The position numbers were made by a program, and so were the translations under genes. This document shows, in pieces, positions 63,409 to 64,000 of a stretch of DNA of 64,000 bases (position 1 is the first letter of the stretch; every line of letters begins with the position of its first letter). The stretch spans positions 117,650 to 181,649 of the forward strand of contig NZ_JAWLGY010000004.1 in assembly GCF_041690615.1 (NCBI RefSeq). The letters run 5' to 3'. Source of the stretch: Marinobacter sp. Its GTDB lineage: Bacteria; Pseudomonadota; Gammaproteobacteria; Pseudomonadales; Oleiphilaceae. Under the pieces are notes generated by a model. It did not search any database and had not been told where the DNA came from. It was given only the letters and a program-made list of their open reading frames with translations.

Positions 63409-63447
63409 CCATTGTGACACCGGAACGGGTATAATCTGAATCATAGC

Positions 63448-63480
63448 GCTGCGGTACGGTCTCGTTCCGCAGCATTTTTT
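63448..63480 (+). terminator. Rho-independent terminator after hpf
   Basis: GCTGCGG...CCGCAGC stem followed by ATTTTTT. Confidence 0.65.
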
Positions 63481-63501
63481 TATCGGGACCGATGAGAATC
63501 C

Positions 63502-63969
63502 ATGACCGATTCGACCTTGACCATCAACAATATCCTGGCACCGGAGCTGACCCTTTGCCGGGTCAACGGCACCAGCAAGAAGCGTATCCTGGAATTCATT
63601 TCCGAAAAGGTCGCCGGCCAGTACCCGGAACTGGATGAAACCCAGATCTTCAATAACCTGATTGCCCGGGAGCGCCTCGGCAGCACCGGCATAGGCCAGG
63701 GTATCGCCATCCCCCACTGTCGCCTGGACGGTTGTACCCGGGTGGTGGGCGCACTGGTAACCCTGGAAGAGGGTGTGGCCTTTGACGCCATCGACAACCA
63801 GCCGGTGGACCTGCTGTTTACCCTGATTGTGCCGCGGGAGGCCACCTCGGAACACCTCGAACTGCTAAGCCAGCTGGCGGAACAGTTCAACGACCGTAGT
63901 TTCTGTGACGCACTGCGGGCCTGCACCAGCTCCGACGGGCTTTACCAGAAGATGACCGGAAATCACTGA
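63502..63969 (+). CDS. ptsN: PTS IIA nitrogen-regulatory protein
   Basis: RERLGSTGIG.GIAIPHCR and DAIDNQPVDL motifs; synteny with rpoN-hpf. Confidence 0.96.
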   Translation: MTDSTLTINNILAPELTLCRVNGTSKKRILEFISEKVAGQYPELDETQIFNNLIARERLGSTGIGQGIAIPHCRLDGCTRVVGALVTLEEGVAFDAIDNQPVDLLFTLIVPREATSEHLELLSQLAEQFNDRSFCDALRACTSSDGLYQKMTGNH

Positions 63970-64000
63970 TCCGGTCCGGATGTCGCACGATGCCTCGGCT

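Noticed and set aside
63430-63435. Perfect TATAAT after hpf
   Set aside because: No correctly spaced -35 or extended -10, and it lies just before a terminator; insufficient support.

Overview
GC-rich gammaproteobacterial chromosomal segment; gene content and order suggest a Marinobacter-like organism (inference). About 77 CDSs are supported. The right third is a conserved core block: zapE, yhcB/zapG, Nif3, hisCDG, murA, bolA, mlaBCDEF, kdsDC, lptCAB, rpoN, hpf, ptsN. The left two-thirds is a patchwork of metabolic and envelope genes: pntAB, a heterotetrameric 2-oxoacid dehydrogenase E1a/E1b/E2 operon, dacB, rnz, arfB, a cold-shock protein, several SDRs, two PQQ-type beta-propeller dehydrogenases, an EAL protein, a hybrid kinase, coaE, tsaA and yacG. 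I found no tRNA, rRNA, CRISPR array, integrase or transposase. Best candidates for undescribed biology: (1) a four-gene exported module at 12070-15472 (secreted 4-Cys protein, two-TM membrane protein, trypsin-like protease fused to a discoidin domain, and a convergent secreted protein whose gene carries an in-frame G9 tract); (2) an unannotated 33-aa membrane microprotein at 30631-30732, under a Fur-box-like sigma70 promoter with a switch-like 5' leader, upstream of dodecin; (3) a PQQ dehydrogenase fused to a multi-TM domain; (4) a sigma54 site plus phased direct repeats upstream of rpoN. All family calls come from motif recognition by eye, with no database searches. Start codons were refined by hand from RBS and overlap context.
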